Shown in pieces: positions 63,481 to 64,000 of a stretch of DNA of 64,000 nucleotides. The position numbers were made by a program, and so were the translations under genes. Source of the stretch: Eledone cirrhosa (taxonomy: Eukaryota); NCBI GenBank assembly GCA_964016885.1, contig OZ024750.1, forward strand, positions 18,290,001 through 18,354,000. The letters are read 5' to 3'. Within the stretch, counting starts at the first letter, position 1, and each line of letters opens with the position of its first letter. The notes under the pieces were generated by a model. That model worked only from the letters and a program-made list of their open reading frames with translations. It did not search any database and was not told the DNA's origin.

Positions 63481-63618
63481 AAATTTATTTATAAAACTGC
63501 TTATATATTGTATTTTATCTGAAGAAGGCATGCCATATTTTTAATATGGTATCCCTGAAATATGTATAATGAAATAAATATGGTTTTATAAATATAGTTT
63601 CCATTTGTTTAATATCGT
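63481..63618 (+). mobile_element. Hairpin element with a degenerate hammerhead core, next to (TA)n
   Basis: CTGAAGA (63519-63525), stem agg-c-atgccatatt/aatatggtat-c-cct, then GAAAtatGTA (63557-63566). Enclosed by the inverted repeat tatttataaaac/gttttataaata. Confidence 0.5.
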
Positions 63619-63642
63619 ATATATATATATATATATATATAT

Positions 63643-63690
<48 letters not shown>

Positions 63691-64000
63691 ATAACAATGT
63701 TTACATGTATATGTGTATGACAGTATATGTCTGTATATGTTTATGTATGTATGTGTAAGAAAGCATATATGTAACTATGACTGCTGTTATTGTTATTGTT
63801 AAATTTCACAGTATGAATGGGATGATCACTGCTTACCCCACCACCACCACCCTTTTGTCATTCCTTCTCTCTGTTTTCTTTAGAGTTTCCTTCCTTCCAT
63901 GGAACTGGATATAGAATTGGGTGAGGTTGACATACTTAGAACGTTGCCTGAGAATTCTGGCAGGTTAAACATGTGGGTGGAGAAGAGAATTGCAAAAGGG

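Overview
AT-rich, repeat-dense eukaryotic genomic DNA. The SINE, MITE and microsatellite complement resembles an octopus-type cephalopod genome (inference, not verified). There is one convincing protein-coding region: an uninterrupted 6.66-kb minus-strand ORF (14593-21252, 2219 aa). It is preceded by an in-frame stop and a splice acceptor. The protein is mostly low-complexity, with two C-terminal globular segments that look like divergent SKI/SNO/DAC winged-helix domains. The rest is intergenic or intronic: two tRNA-headed SINE families, RTE-clade LINE 3' fragments whose tail is shared with one SINE family, TTAA piggyBac-type MITEs, hAT- and mariner-type non-autonomous elements, minisatellites (several built from pieces of transposons) and large microsatellite blocks. 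The most unusual signal is a set of short fold-back elements inside (TA)n tracts. One (58347-58529, minus strand) has a complete type I hammerhead ribozyme core with a 60-nt stem II, and two diverged relatives lie within about 1.3 kb. This suggests non-autonomous Penelope-like or retrozyme elements that target (TA)n. All family assignments were made by eye, without database searches.
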